Source: Acidobacteriota bacterium
Lineage (GTDB): Bacteria; Acidobacteriota; UBA6911; RPQK01; JAJDTT01
Assembly: GCA_965217775.1 (NCBI GenBank)
Contig: CBDCJH010000002.1
Span: 5,344,001 to 5,408,000 of the forward strand
DNA: 64,000 nucleotides
Direction of reading: 5' to 3'
Made by a program: the position numbers and the translations under genes. Shown here piece by piece: positions 49,521-58,483 of this stretch. The notes under the pieces are model-generated. The model ran no database searches, was not told where the DNA came from, and saw only the letters and a program-made list of their open reading frames with translations. Within the stretch, counting starts at the first letter, position 1. Each line of letters begins with the position of its first letter.

Positions 49521-49584
49521 CCTGTTCTTTCGTCCGCTCCACCTGAATCCCGGGAGGTCGGCGCACGCGGGACCGGGCCGGGGG

Positions 49585-49647
49585 CGTCCCTGCATCTTCC
49601 GGCGCAGGCCCCGCTCTTGCGCGAGGTGGGACTCTCGCCACCGGCTG
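49585..49647 (+). mobile_element. Eroded, internally deleted MITE remnant abutting the wzt -10 box
   Basis: CGTCCCTGCATC (exact interior 12-mer) plus GACTCTCGCCACCGGCTG (15/18 to the right TIR), followed by G-TATACT-6 nt-GTG. Confidence 0.55.
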
Positions 49648-49660
49648 GTATACTCCCGAC

Positions 49661-50875
49661 GTGATCCGGGCCCTTCAGGTGAGCAAGGTCTACAGGTCCT
49701 ACCCGGGTCCCTTCGCCCTCTTGCGGGAGATCAGTTCCGGGAGACCTTCCCATCGGCCCTTCACGGCCCTGGAATCGGTCAGTTTTCAAGTACGACGCGG
49801 TGAGAGTTTCGGCATCGTCGGCAACAACGGGGCAGGGAAGTCGACCCTGCTCAAGATATTGGCCGGAACCTGCGCTCCCACCCGCGGAGAAGTCCAGCTC
49901 CAGGGTCGAGTGGCCGCACTTCTGGAATTGGGCGTCGGTTTCGACCCTGAGTTCACGGGACGGCGCAACCTCTACTTCGGGGGCACCCTGGCTGGTTTTT
50001 CCAGGGATGAGATTGCACGCCGCGAGTCCGGGATCATCGAATTCAGTGGCCTTGGCGATGAGATCGATCGACCGGTCAAGACCTACTCCGCGGGCATGAT
50101 GCTGCGACTTGCCTTCTCCCTGGCGACCAGTTTCGAGCCGGATGTGCTGATCGTCGACGAGGTTCTGGCCGTGGGTGACGGTGAGTTCCAGAGCAGGTGT
50201 CTCGATCGTATTCAAGGCCTCCGGGATCGAGGCTGCACCGCGGTCTTATGCTCCCACGCTCTCCATCAGATAGAGGCCTTCTGTTCCCGAGCCCTTTGGC
50301 TGCATCGGGGGCGGGTCCAGGCGATGGGTTCAAGCCGCGAGGTGGTGGGGCGATACCGGGATTTCTGTCAGGCTGGAAGCCGGGAGTGGGATCCGGTTCA
50401 GGCCCAGGAGGCCGGTTCCCGAAAGATCTGCTGGATCGAGGATGTCAAGCTCGAACGTCCGCGGACCGGGCCCTTCCGGACTGGAGAAAGTTTGAAGTTG
50501 GACGTTTCGGCCCGCTTTCTCCCCGAGTTCCACGGGACTCCCGGCCTGGGAGTCGCCGTGGTGCGGGACGATGGCGTTGTGGTCTACGTCACCAGCACCA
50601 TCTTCGACGGTGTCCCGCTTCGGGAAGTCGGGCCCGGCGAGTACCACGCCCGGGTGGCGTTTCCCCGCATGGCGCTATTGGAAGGCCGCTACTACTTCAA
50701 CGTCGTGGCCACCGATACCGCAGGTCTCCAGTCCTACGATCTGGCCGAGAAGAAGGAACCCTTCTCGGTGACCCACAGCGGTTCCGATTCGGGTCTTCTG
50801 CGGCTGGCACTGGAATGGGGGCAGGTCGAGGAAAGAGAAAAAAGGAAAGAGGAAAGAGTGAAGAGGAAAGAGTGA
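49661..50875 (+). CDS. wzt: Polysaccharide ABC transporter ATP-binding protein (Wzt) with C-terminal carbohydrate-binding domain
   Basis: [47 protein letters not shown]. Confidence 0.9.
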   Translation: MIRALQVSKVYRSYPGPFALLREISSGRPSHRPFTALESVSFQVRRGESFGIVGNNGAGKSTLLKILAGTCAPTRGEVQLQGRVAALLELGVGFDPEFTGRRNLYFGGTLAGFSRDEIARRESGIIEFSGLGDEIDRPVKTYSAGMMLRLAFSLATSFEPDVLIVDEVLAVGDGEFQSRCLDRIQGLRDRGCTAVLCSHALHQIEAFCSRALWLHRGRVQAMGSSREVVGRYRDFCQAGSREWDPVQAQEAGSRKICWIEDVKLERPRTGPFRTGESLKLDVSARFLPEFHGTPGLGVAVVRDDGVVVYVTSTIFDGVPLREVGPGEYHARVAFPRMALLEGRYYFNVVATDTAGLQSYDLAEKKEPFSVTHSGSDSGLLRLALEWGQVEEREKRKEERVKRKE

Positions 50876-50883
50876 AGAGGAGA
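50828..50883 (+). repeat. Tandem purine heptamer repeat, 8 degenerate units
   Basis: GAGGAAA GAGAAAA AAGGAAA GAGGAAA GAGTGAA GAGGAAA GAGTGAA GAGGAGA, spanning the wzt stop. Confidence 0.7.
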
Positions 50884-50891
50884 AGGGGGGA

Positions 50892-52949
50892 GTGAGGAGC
50901 TCCGCCGCCGAACGGGTGCGTAGCGACGATCTCGTTGCCCTGGGTTTGAAATCTCGAGAAGCCCGGAGGCTGGCGGCGGAGGTGAACCGTCTGTTGGACG
51001 TTTGCTCCTCCGCCGAATGCTGGCGGCGGATCAGTTGCGGTCTCCTGAGTCCGGCTCATCCGTTCCCGGTCCACCGGCTGCTGCACAGGACCGTGTTCCA
51101 CAACCAGCACGATATGGGCCCCGCGCCCATTTTCGTCCCGGCGCCGGATTCCATCCGGGAAACGAACCTGGCGCGAATCCAGGAGCAACTGGGTTTGGAA
51201 TCGTATGCCGAACTTCACTCTTGGACCGTAGAGAACCGCTCCGGGTACTGGGAAATGATGATCCGGCATCTGGGGATCCGGTTCCGGACGCCGCCGGTCC
51301 GGGTCCTGGATTCGACACCCGATGTGGAAAACGTGAGATGGCTGCCCGGCGCCAGACTGAACATTGCCGAAAGCTGCTTTGGCCGTGGATCGGAACCGGC
51401 CGTCGTTTATCGGAGGGAGGGGGCGCCCCTTTCCAGTCTGACTCGAAAGGGGTTGGACTCTCTCTCGAACCGCGTCGCCAACGCGCTTCCCCTGCTGGGA
51501 GTGGATCGTGGTGACACGGTTGCCATCGACATGCCCATGAACGTCGAAGCCGTGGCCATCTACCTGGGCGTCATCAAGGCGGGTTGTGTGGCGCTGACCA
51601 TAGCCGAGAGCTTTGCCGCACCGGAGGTCCGGACCCGGCTCAAGGTCGGAAAGGCCGAGGCCCTTTTTACTCAGGACCGGATTCTGCGCGGTTCCCGGGA
51701 GCTTCCCCTTTACGCCCGGATGATGGAGGCCGGCGCACCGGTGACGGTGGTGGTTCCGGCTCGGGGACGCCTCTCCGAGCCGCTGCGGGAGGGAGACCTG
51801 TCGTGGGACGATTTCCTGAGTGACAACGATGCTTTCCAGGCCGTGGCGTGCGATCCCGACGACGCCATCAACATTCTCTTCTCTTCGGGGACCACGGGCG
51901 AGCCCAAGGCCATTCCGTTCACCCACCTGACCCCCATCAAGTGCGCCGCCGACGGCTGTCTGCATCAGGACATTCGGGCGGGAGACGTGGTGGCATGGCC
52001 TACGAGCCTGGGATGGATGATGGGACCCTGGTTGATCTATGCTTCCCTCATCAATGGAGCCACCATCGCGCTCTTCGACGGCATTCCCACGTCCAGGTCG
52101 TTCTGCGAGTTCGTGCAGGATGCGAAAGTGAACGTTCTGGGGGTCGTGCCCACTTTGGTCGGGGCCTGGCGGGCCGGAGGCTGCGTGGAAGGACTCGACT
52201 GGTCCTCGGTCAGGGTCTTTACCTCCACGGGAGAATGCTCGAATCCCGACGACATGCTCTATCTGACCTCCAGGGCGGGGTACCGGCCGGTAGTCGAGTA
52301 CTGCGGCGGAACCGAGATCGGGGGCGCTTACATCACCGGCACCGTGGTGCAAACGTCGGTTGCCTCAGCCTTCTCGACGGCGGCTCTGGGCATGAGTCTG
52401 ACCATTCTGGATCGGCGTGGCGTCGAGTCCGATCAGGGTGAGATATTCATCGTTCCCCCCTCCATCGGGCTCTCCACGCGCCTGTTGAACCGGAACCACC
52501 ACCGGGAGTATTTCGCCGGAACGCCCCAGGGCCCGGGGGGGGGCCTGCTGCGCCGTCATGGAGATCGGATGAAGCGGCTCGACAACGGTTACTACCGGGC
52601 TCAGGGGCGGATGGACGACACCATGAACCTGGGCGGCATCAAGGTGGGGTCGGCAGAGATCGAAAGAGTCTTGAATCGGGTTCCGGGGATCGGTGAGACG
52701 GCGGCGGTGGCGGTCTCTCCTCCCGGTGGAGGCGCGACCCGGCTGGTGGTCTACGTCGTCCCGGCCGCGCCGGAACCGGAGTTCGACGAGCAGGAGCTCA
52801 AGGGAATCTTCCGGAAGGTGATCGCGGATCAGCTCAATCCCCTCTTCAGGTTGCACGACGTGAGGGTGGTCCACCAAATGCCCCGCACCGCCTCCAACAA
52901 AATCCTTCGGCGGCAACTGCGTTCCCGATATTCGGGACCGGACTCATGA
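50892..52949 (+). CDS. AMP-binding acyl-CoA synthetase (acetate-CoA ligase-like; resembles plant AAE17/18 subfamily)
   Basis: ILFSSGTTGEPKAIP, WPTSLGWMMGPWL, EYCGGTEIGG, GRMDDTMNLGGIKV, PRTASNK. Confidence 0.88.
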   Translation: MRSSAAERVRSDDLVALGLKSREARRLAAEVNRLLDVCSSAECWRRISCGLLSPAHPFPVHRLLHRTVFHNQHDMGPAPIFVPAPDSIRETNLARIQEQLGLESYAELHSWTVENRSGYWEMMIRHLGIRFRTPPVRVLDSTPDVENVRWLPGARLNIAESCFGRGSEPAVVYRREGAPLSSLTRKGLDSLSNRVANALPLLGVDRGDTVAIDMPMNVEAVAIYLGVIKAGCVALTIAESFAAPEVRTRLKVGKAEALFTQDRILRGSRELPLYARMMEAGAPVTVVVPARGRLSEPLREGDLSWDDFLSDNDAFQAVACDPDDAINILFSSGTTGEPKAIPFTHLTPIKCAADGCLHQDIRAGDVVAWPTSLGWMMGPWLIYASLINGATIALFDGIPTSRSFCEFVQDAKVNVLGVVPTLVGAWRAGGCVEGLDWSSVRVFTSTGECSNPDDMLYLTSRAGYRPVVEYCGGTEIGGAYITGTVVQTSVASAFSTAALGMSLTILDRRGVESDQGEIFIVPPSIGLSTRLLNRNHHREYFAGTPQGPGGGLLRRHGDRMKRLDNGYYRAQGRMDDTMNLGGIKVGSAEIERVLNRVPGIGETAAVAVSPPGGGATRLVVYVVPAAPEPEFDEQELKGIFRKVIADQLNPLFRLHDVRVVHQMPRTASNKILRRQLRSRYSGPDS

Positions 52950-52989
52950 TCAGGAATCGAGAGCTGCGGATGCAGGAGATCGGCCCATC

Positions 52990-54783
52990 ATGACCTTCGA
53001 GATCGCCTTCATGTTGGGGCTGATCGCCGTCGCTCTGGTGGTGTTCTCGCTGGAAATCTTTCCCATCGAGGTGACGGCGGTCGCTCTCCTGGGTGTCCTG
53101 TTGGTCACTGGAACCCTCACTGTGGAACAGGCCGTTTCGGGGTTCAGCAACAAGGCGGTGGTCACCATAGCCGCCATGTTCCTCCTGAGTCACGCCCTGG
53201 TGAAGACCGGTATTCTGGAGGTGGCCGCCGATCGGCTCAGCCGCCAGGTAGGGACCCGGAAATGGCTGGGAATGTGCATTTTCCTGGGCGTCGCCGGCAT
53301 TCTCTCCGGGTTTCTGAACAACACCGCGGTGGTGGCGGTCTTCATTCCCCTGGCCATCAACCTGTGCCGCCGCTTCCACCTGAGTCCCAGCAAAGCCCTG
53401 ATTCCTCTTTCCTTCGCCAGCATGGCCGGCGGAACCCTGACCCTGGTGGGGACGTCCACGAACCTGATCGTCAGCTCCGTCGCGGAGAAGGCCGGTCAGG
53501 CTTCTTTCGGAATGTTCGAGTTCTTTCCTCTGGGCATCTTGCTGTTGGGCGCCGGACTGATCTACGTCTGTCTCCTCTCCCGGCGCCTTCTCCCCTCCCG
53601 CTCCACTCCCGTCTCCCTTGCCGGGAACTACCACATGGGCGCCTACCTCACCGAAGTCCGGGTCCTGGAAAAGTCGAAGCTTGCCGGGAGAACCTGCCTG
53701 GAAGTCGGCATGAACAAGCGCTATGACATCACCGTGCTGTCGATCCTGAGAGGGGGGCAGCATGTCTCCCAGAACATTCGAAACGAGCGTCTCGGAGGCG
53801 GCGACATCCTTATCGTCCGCGGGACCATCGACAACATCTTCCGGCTGCGAAGGGAATTGGGGCTGGCCCTGCTCTCGGACATCAAGCTCAACGATCGGGA
53901 ATTGGCACGGGAAGGGCAGGTCATGGCCGAGGGCCTGGTCACCCGCACCAGCTCCCTGATCGGCAAGACTTTGAGGGAAGTCGACTTCCGCCAGCACTAT
54001 CGGGCTTTCGTGCTGGCCGTCCGGCGCCATGGGGAGATCTTGAGGGACAAGATTTCCTATATCCCCTTGCGATTTTCCGACACGTTGCTGATGCTGGCTT
54101 CGCCCGACAGGCTCGACGATCTTCGGCGTTCCGATGACCTCATCGTCATCTCCCAGGTCGATCTCCACATCAGGAGAGGCCGCCTGTGGTGGCTGGTCCT
54201 CGTCCTGATTCCAGTGATGGTGGTCCTGGCCGCCATCGGCGTGATGGAAATCCTGAAAGGGGCGTTCCTGGCGGTGGTGCTGCTCCTTTTTCTTTCCATT
54301 CTCTCTCCGCAGGAGGCCTACCGGTCCATCGACTGGTCGGTCGTGGTCCTGATCGCGTCATTGATCCCCGTGGGCGAAGCCATGATCGAAACCGGCACCG
54401 CCGGCTACATCGCCGACCAGATCCTGATTGTGGTCTCTTTCTTCGAGGGGTCGGACTTGGCCCCCTATGTGGGAGTGGCGCTGATCTATCTGGTCACCTG
54501 CGTCCTGACTCAGGTGGTGTCCAATGCGGCCACCGCGGTCTTGATGCCGCCGGTGGCTCTGAGCCTGGCTGCCGCCTTGGGCGTGGACGCGAGACCCTTT
54601 CTGATGGCGACCTGCTTCGCCGCATCGTCGGCGTTTCTCACTCCCATGGGCTACCAGACCAATCTCATGGTCTATGCTCCCGGCAACTACCGGTTCCTGG
54701 ACTACACTCGATTCGGTGGTCCCTTGAGTCTGGTCTTCTGGGTCATGGCGACCGTGTTCATTCCCCGATTCTGGCCGTTTTAA
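52990..54783 (+). CDS. SLC13/CitMHS-like permease with two TrkA-C (RCK_C) domains
   Basis: SGFLNNT, GGTLTLVGTSTNL, soluble TrkA-C middle, FAASSAFLTPMGYQTNLMVY. Confidence 0.9.
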   Translation: MTFEIAFMLGLIAVALVVFSLEIFPIEVTAVALLGVLLVTGTLTVEQAVSGFSNKAVVTIAAMFLLSHALVKTGILEVAADRLSRQVGTRKWLGMCIFLGVAGILSGFLNNTAVVAVFIPLAINLCRRFHLSPSKALIPLSFASMAGGTLTLVGTSTNLIVSSVAEKAGQASFGMFEFFPLGILLLGAGLIYVCLLSRRLLPSRSTPVSLAGNYHMGAYLTEVRVLEKSKLAGRTCLEVGMNKRYDITVLSILRGGQHVSQNIRNERLGGGDILIVRGTIDNIFRLRRELGLALLSDIKLNDRELAREGQVMAEGLVTRTSSLIGKTLREVDFRQHYRAFVLAVRRHGEILRDKISYIPLRFSDTLLMLASPDRLDDLRRSDDLIVISQVDLHIRRGRLWWLVLVLIPVMVVLAAIGVMEILKGAFLAVVLLLFLSILSPQEAYRSIDWSVVVLIASLIPVGEAMIETGTAGYIADQILIVVSFFEGSDLAPYVGVALIYLVTCVLTQVVSNAATAVLMPPVALSLAAALGVDARPFLMATCFAASSAFLTPMGYQTNLMVYAPGNYRFLDYTRFGGPLSLVFWVMATVFIPRFWPF

Positions 54784-54805
54784 GTCACTCTTCCGGAGGT
54801 CCTCA

Positions 54806-57073
54806 ATGCGCGTCTGTAGAAACTGTGGTGTCGTATTTCTGGTCCTGTGGTGCGGCTGGCCTGCGGTGGAGAGCGCGCCGGAGAATCCTCCCGGGATGTT
54901 GGGTTTCTCCCCCGGTGCGGTCGAGGAGCAGCGGCGCCTCGAATCGAAGTTGGACGCTTCCCTGGACCCGGCGCAGATTGGAGACTGGATCCGAAGACTC
55001 AGTTCCCGCCCGCATCATCCGGGCTCCCCCAAGGGGCGGGAAAACGCCCAATTCATGGTTTCCCTGTTTCGCTCCTGGGGATATGAGAGCTGGTTGGACG
55101 AATACCGGATCCTCTTTCCGACACCCAAGCTTCGGCTGTTGGAAATGCTGGAGCCCGAGCCTTTCCGGGCCCGCCTGATCGAACCCGCGCTGGCCGGGGA
55201 TTCCACGTCTGGCCAGACCTCGGAACTGTTGCCCGCCTACAACGCCTACTCGCCGGACGGGGAGGCGACCGGTCAACTGGTCTACGTCAATTACGGGATA
55301 CCGGCCGATTACGAGCAGTTGGAGCGCCGAGGCATCCAGGTCAAGGACCGGATCGTCATTGCCCGCTACGGTGGTTCCTGGAGGGGGCTCAAGCCCAAGC
55401 TGGCAGCCGCGCGGGGGGCGCTGGCCTGCATCATCTATTCCGACCCCAAAGACGACGGATACTTCCAGGGTGACGCCTATCCAGCGGGTCCGTTTCGCAG
55501 CGAAGATGGAGTGGAGAGGGGATCGGTGCTCGACATGCCGATCCATCCCGGCGATCCATTGACCCCCTTCACGGCGGCGACCGAGGACGCCGGCAGATTG
55601 TCCCGAAGCGAAGCGCCCACCCTGCCTCGAATTCCGGTCCTCCCCATCTCCCATGAAGACGCCCTGCCCCTGCTCAGTGCCCTGAAGGGTCCGGTGGCGC
55701 CCCCTCACTGGCGCGGAGCTCTGCCCATCACCTACCACCTGGGTCCGGGTCCGGCCACGGTGCGCCTCAGGCTGGAGTTCAACTGGGACCTGGTTCCCGC
55801 CTACAACGTCATCGCCAAGCTGGAAGGCCGGGAAGAGCCGGATCAGTGGATCCTCCGCGGAAACCATCATGACGCCTGGGTCCACGGCGCCAGGGACCCG
55901 GTGAGCGGCGTGGCCGCCATGCTGGCCGAGGCCCGAGCGGTGGCCCGCCTGACCGAAGACGGGTGGCGTCCTCGCCGCAGCATCGTCTACGCCGCCTGGG
56001 ATGCCGAGGAGCCGGGTCTGATAGGTTCCACCGAGTGGGTCGAAGAGTACGCCGCGGAGTTGAAGCAGAAGGCCGTCGTCTACGTGAACAGCGACTCCAA
56101 CGGCCGTGGTTTCCTGAGTGCCGGAGGCTCCCACAGCCTGGAGACGCTGGTCAACCAGGTCGCGAGGGACGTCGATGATCCCCAGACGGACCTGAGCGTC
56201 CTGCAGCGTTCCCTGGCTCGGCGAACGGTCTCCATCGATCCGCTGCCGCTGGCACCGGTGGAGCGGGTGAAGCTGGGAGCCTTGGGATCGGGTTCCGACT
56301 ACACTCCGTTTCTCCAGCACCTGGGAGTCGCCAGCCTCAATCTGGCTTTCGGTGGCGAGTCCCCCCAGGGCTCCTATCATTCCCTCTACGACTCCTTCGA
56401 CCACTACCGCCGGTTCATGGATCCGGGATACCGCTACGGCGTCGTCCTGGCCCAGGTGGCCGGCAGAACCGTGCTTCGGCTGGCCAACGCCGAGGTGCTG
56501 CCGTTGGAGTTCACTCGTCTGGCCGCCACTCTGGAGGGTTATCTGACGGAGGTGTTGGATCTGACCGACGAAATGCGCCGCGGAACCGAAGCCCTGAACC
56601 GTTGGATTCGGCGCGGATACCTGAAGGCGGCATCGGATCCGACCCGGACCTACGTGGCTCCGGCGCCTCAGGACGCGGTTCCGTTCTTCAACTTCGCGCC
56701 GCTTCGAAATGCCATGGCGGGACTTCAGGCCAGCGCCCGCAAATATGCCGAGGCTTACGGCCGGTTCACGTCCGCAGGCAGGCTGCCGGAGGCGGAACGG
56801 TTGAAGCTGAATCGGATCCTGATGGGACTGGAGCAGAAGTTCGCACACCCGGAAGGGCTGCCGGGGCGCCCCTGGTACCGGCACCACATCTATGCGCCGG
56901 GCTTCTACACCGGCTACGGCGTCAAGACCCTGCCCGGAGTCCGCGAGGCCATCGAGCAACGGAAATGGGAACAGGTCGAGGCCCAGATCGAACGGGCGGC
57001 CGGCTTGATCCGGGCCTTCTCCGGCGAGGTCGAGCGGGCGGCTCGTTTGCTGGCGTCAGGTCCTTCACGCTAA
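54806..57073 (+). CDS. M28 family peptidase, glutamate carboxypeptidase II-like (PA and TfR-dimerisation domains)
   Basis: VYVNYG, PGDPLTP, GNHHDAW..GA.DP.SG, WDAEEPGLIGSTEWVE, LGSGSDY, YHSLYD. Confidence 0.92.
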   Translation: MRVCRNCGVVFLVLWCGWPAVESAPENPPGMLGFSPGAVEEQRRLESKLDASLDPAQIGDWIRRLSSRPHHPGSPKGRENAQFMVSLFRSWGYESWLDEYRILFPTPKLRLLEMLEPEPFRARLIEPALAGDSTSGQTSELLPAYNAYSPDGEATGQLVYVNYGIPADYEQLERRGIQVKDRIVIARYGGSWRGLKPKLAAARGALACIIYSDPKDDGYFQGDAYPAGPFRSEDGVERGSVLDMPIHPGDPLTPFTAATEDAGRLSRSEAPTLPRIPVLPISHEDALPLLSALKGPVAPPHWRGALPITYHLGPGPATVRLRLEFNWDLVPAYNVIAKLEGREEPDQWILRGNHHDAWVHGARDPVSGVAAMLAEARAVARLTEDGWRPRRSIVYAAWDAEEPGLIGSTEWVEEYAAELKQKAVVYVNSDSNGRGFLSAGGSHSLETLVNQVARDVDDPQTDLSVLQRSLARRTVSIDPLPLAPVERVKLGALGSGSDYTPFLQHLGVASLNLAFGGESPQGSYHSLYDSFDHYRRFMDPGYRYGVVLAQVAGRTVLRLANAEVLPLEFTRLAATLEGYLTEVLDLTDEMRRGTEALNRWIRRGYLKAASDPTRTYVAPAPQDAVPFFNFAPLRNAMAGLQASARKYAEAYGRFTSAGRLPEAERLKLNRILMGLEQKFAHPEGLPGRPWYRHHIYAPGFYTGYGVKTLPGVREAIEQRKWEQVEAQIERAAGLIRAFSGEVERAARLLASGPSR

Positions 57074-58438
57074 AACGTCAAAGAGGACCTTGCCTCCCAC
57101 GTCGGTGAGGCGAAAATCCCTCCCGCTGTAACGATAGGTCAGGCGGGTGTGGTCCAAACCCATGAGATGCAGAACCGTGGCGTGCAGGTCGTTGGGATGG
57201 ACCGGGTTTTCCACCGCCTTGTATCCGAAATCGTCGGTGGCGCCGTAGGTGCAGCCGCCTCGAATTCCACCTCCGGCCAGGAGCGTGCTGTAGCCGTACA
57301 CGTTGTGATCCCGGCCCTTTCCGATCATCTCCAGGCCGCTGTTCTGGATCATGGGAGTGCGGCCGAACTCGCTGCCGACGATGACCAGGGTCTCCTCGAA
57401 CAGGCCGCGTGACTTCAGGTCCTGGATCATGGCGGCGATGGGCTGGTCGGCCACCTGAGCGTGACGGCGGTGGTCCTGGATGTCGTCATGGCTGTCCCAA
57501 GGCTGGGAGCTTCCATAGAAGACCTGGACCATTCGAACCCCCTGCTCCACCAGCCGAAGGGCCATGAGGCAACCGCGGCCGAAGTCGCTGTCGCCGTACC
57601 GGGAGCGCGTGGACTCCGTTTCCCTGGTGATGTCGAAAACGTGGGGCACTTCCATCTGCATCCGGAAGGCCACTTCCATGGCGGCGATGCCGGACTCCAG
57701 TTCCGGCTGGTGACCCAGACGTCCCAGATAGGAGCGGTTGAGCCGCTCCAGAAGGGCCAGTTGCCGTTCCTGCTCTCCCGGGAGCAACCTCTGATTGCGA
57801 ACGTTCCGGACCAGTTTCTCCGGTGACGTCTCGCTGTTGCGAACGTGGGTCCCCTGGTAGGTGTTGGGCAGGAAGCCGGAAGACCAGAGGGGAGGACCCA
57901 CGATCGGATAGCCGGGACACAACACCACGAACCCAGGCAGATTCTCGTTCTCGGAGCCCAGTCCGTAAGTGATCCACGAACCCATGGAGGGGTGACCGGG
58001 AAGCTGGTGTCCACAACTCATGAGGAGGAGGGAGGGCTCGTGATTCCCGATGTCCGAATGCATGGAGCGGATGACGCAGAAATCGTCGATGGAATCGCCC
58101 ACTCGCGGGAAGATCTCCGAGACCGGAATTCCACTCTCGCCGCAGCGGCGAAATCCAAAGGGAGATCTCATCAGGGTGCCCGAGGCCCGGTCGGTCCTGA
58201 CCTTGGGGCCGGGAAGCGGTTCGCCGTGGTGGCGAGCCAGCGCCGGTTTGGGATCGAAGGTGTCGACCTGGGAAAGACCGCCATTGAGGAAGAGAAAGAT
58301 GACGTGCTTGGCCCGGGGCGGGAAATGAGGATTCCGAAGGGGCAGAGGCTGGTCTCGGGATGTTTCCGCCAGCAGGCTGGACATTCCCACCGTACCGAAC
58401 CCGGTCCCCATGAGAGACAGCATTTCACGTCGGTTCAT
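57065..58438 (-). CDS. DUF1501 domain protein (Tat-like signal)
   Basis: MNRREML, AKHVIFLFLNGGLSQVDTFDPKP, WDSH, EFGRTP, GRDHN, LTYRYSGRDFRLTDV. Confidence 0.92.
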   Translation of the reverse strand: MNRREMLSLMGTGFGTVGMSSLLAETSRDQPLPLRNPHFPPRAKHVIFLFLNGGLSQVDTFDPKPALARHHGEPLPGPKVRTDRASGTLMRSPFGFRRCGESGIPVSEIFPRVGDSIDDFCVIRSMHSDIGNHEPSLLLMSCGHQLPGHPSMGSWITYGLGSENENLPGFVVLCPGYPIVGPPLWSSGFLPNTYQGTHVRNSETSPEKLVRNVRNQRLLPGEQERQLALLERLNRSYLGRLGHQPELESGIAAMEVAFRMQMEVPHVFDITRETESTRSRYGDSDFGRGCLMALRLVEQGVRMVQVFYGSSQPWDSHDDIQDHRRHAQVADQPIAAMIQDLKSRGLFEETLVIVGSEFGRTPMIQNSGLEMIGKGRDHNVYGYSTLLAGGGIRGGCTYGATDDFGYKAVENPVHPNDLHATVLHLMGLDHTRLTYRYSGRDFRLTDVGGKVLFDVLA

Positions 58439-58483
58439 TTCGGGCTCCTCTCACTCCAACAATACAAGAATCTTCCCGGATCG

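Noticed and set aside
52535-52543. G9 homopolymer as a phase-variation tract
   Set aside because: In frame, encodes PGGG in a likely loop of a metabolic enzyme; plausible by chance in GC-rich DNA
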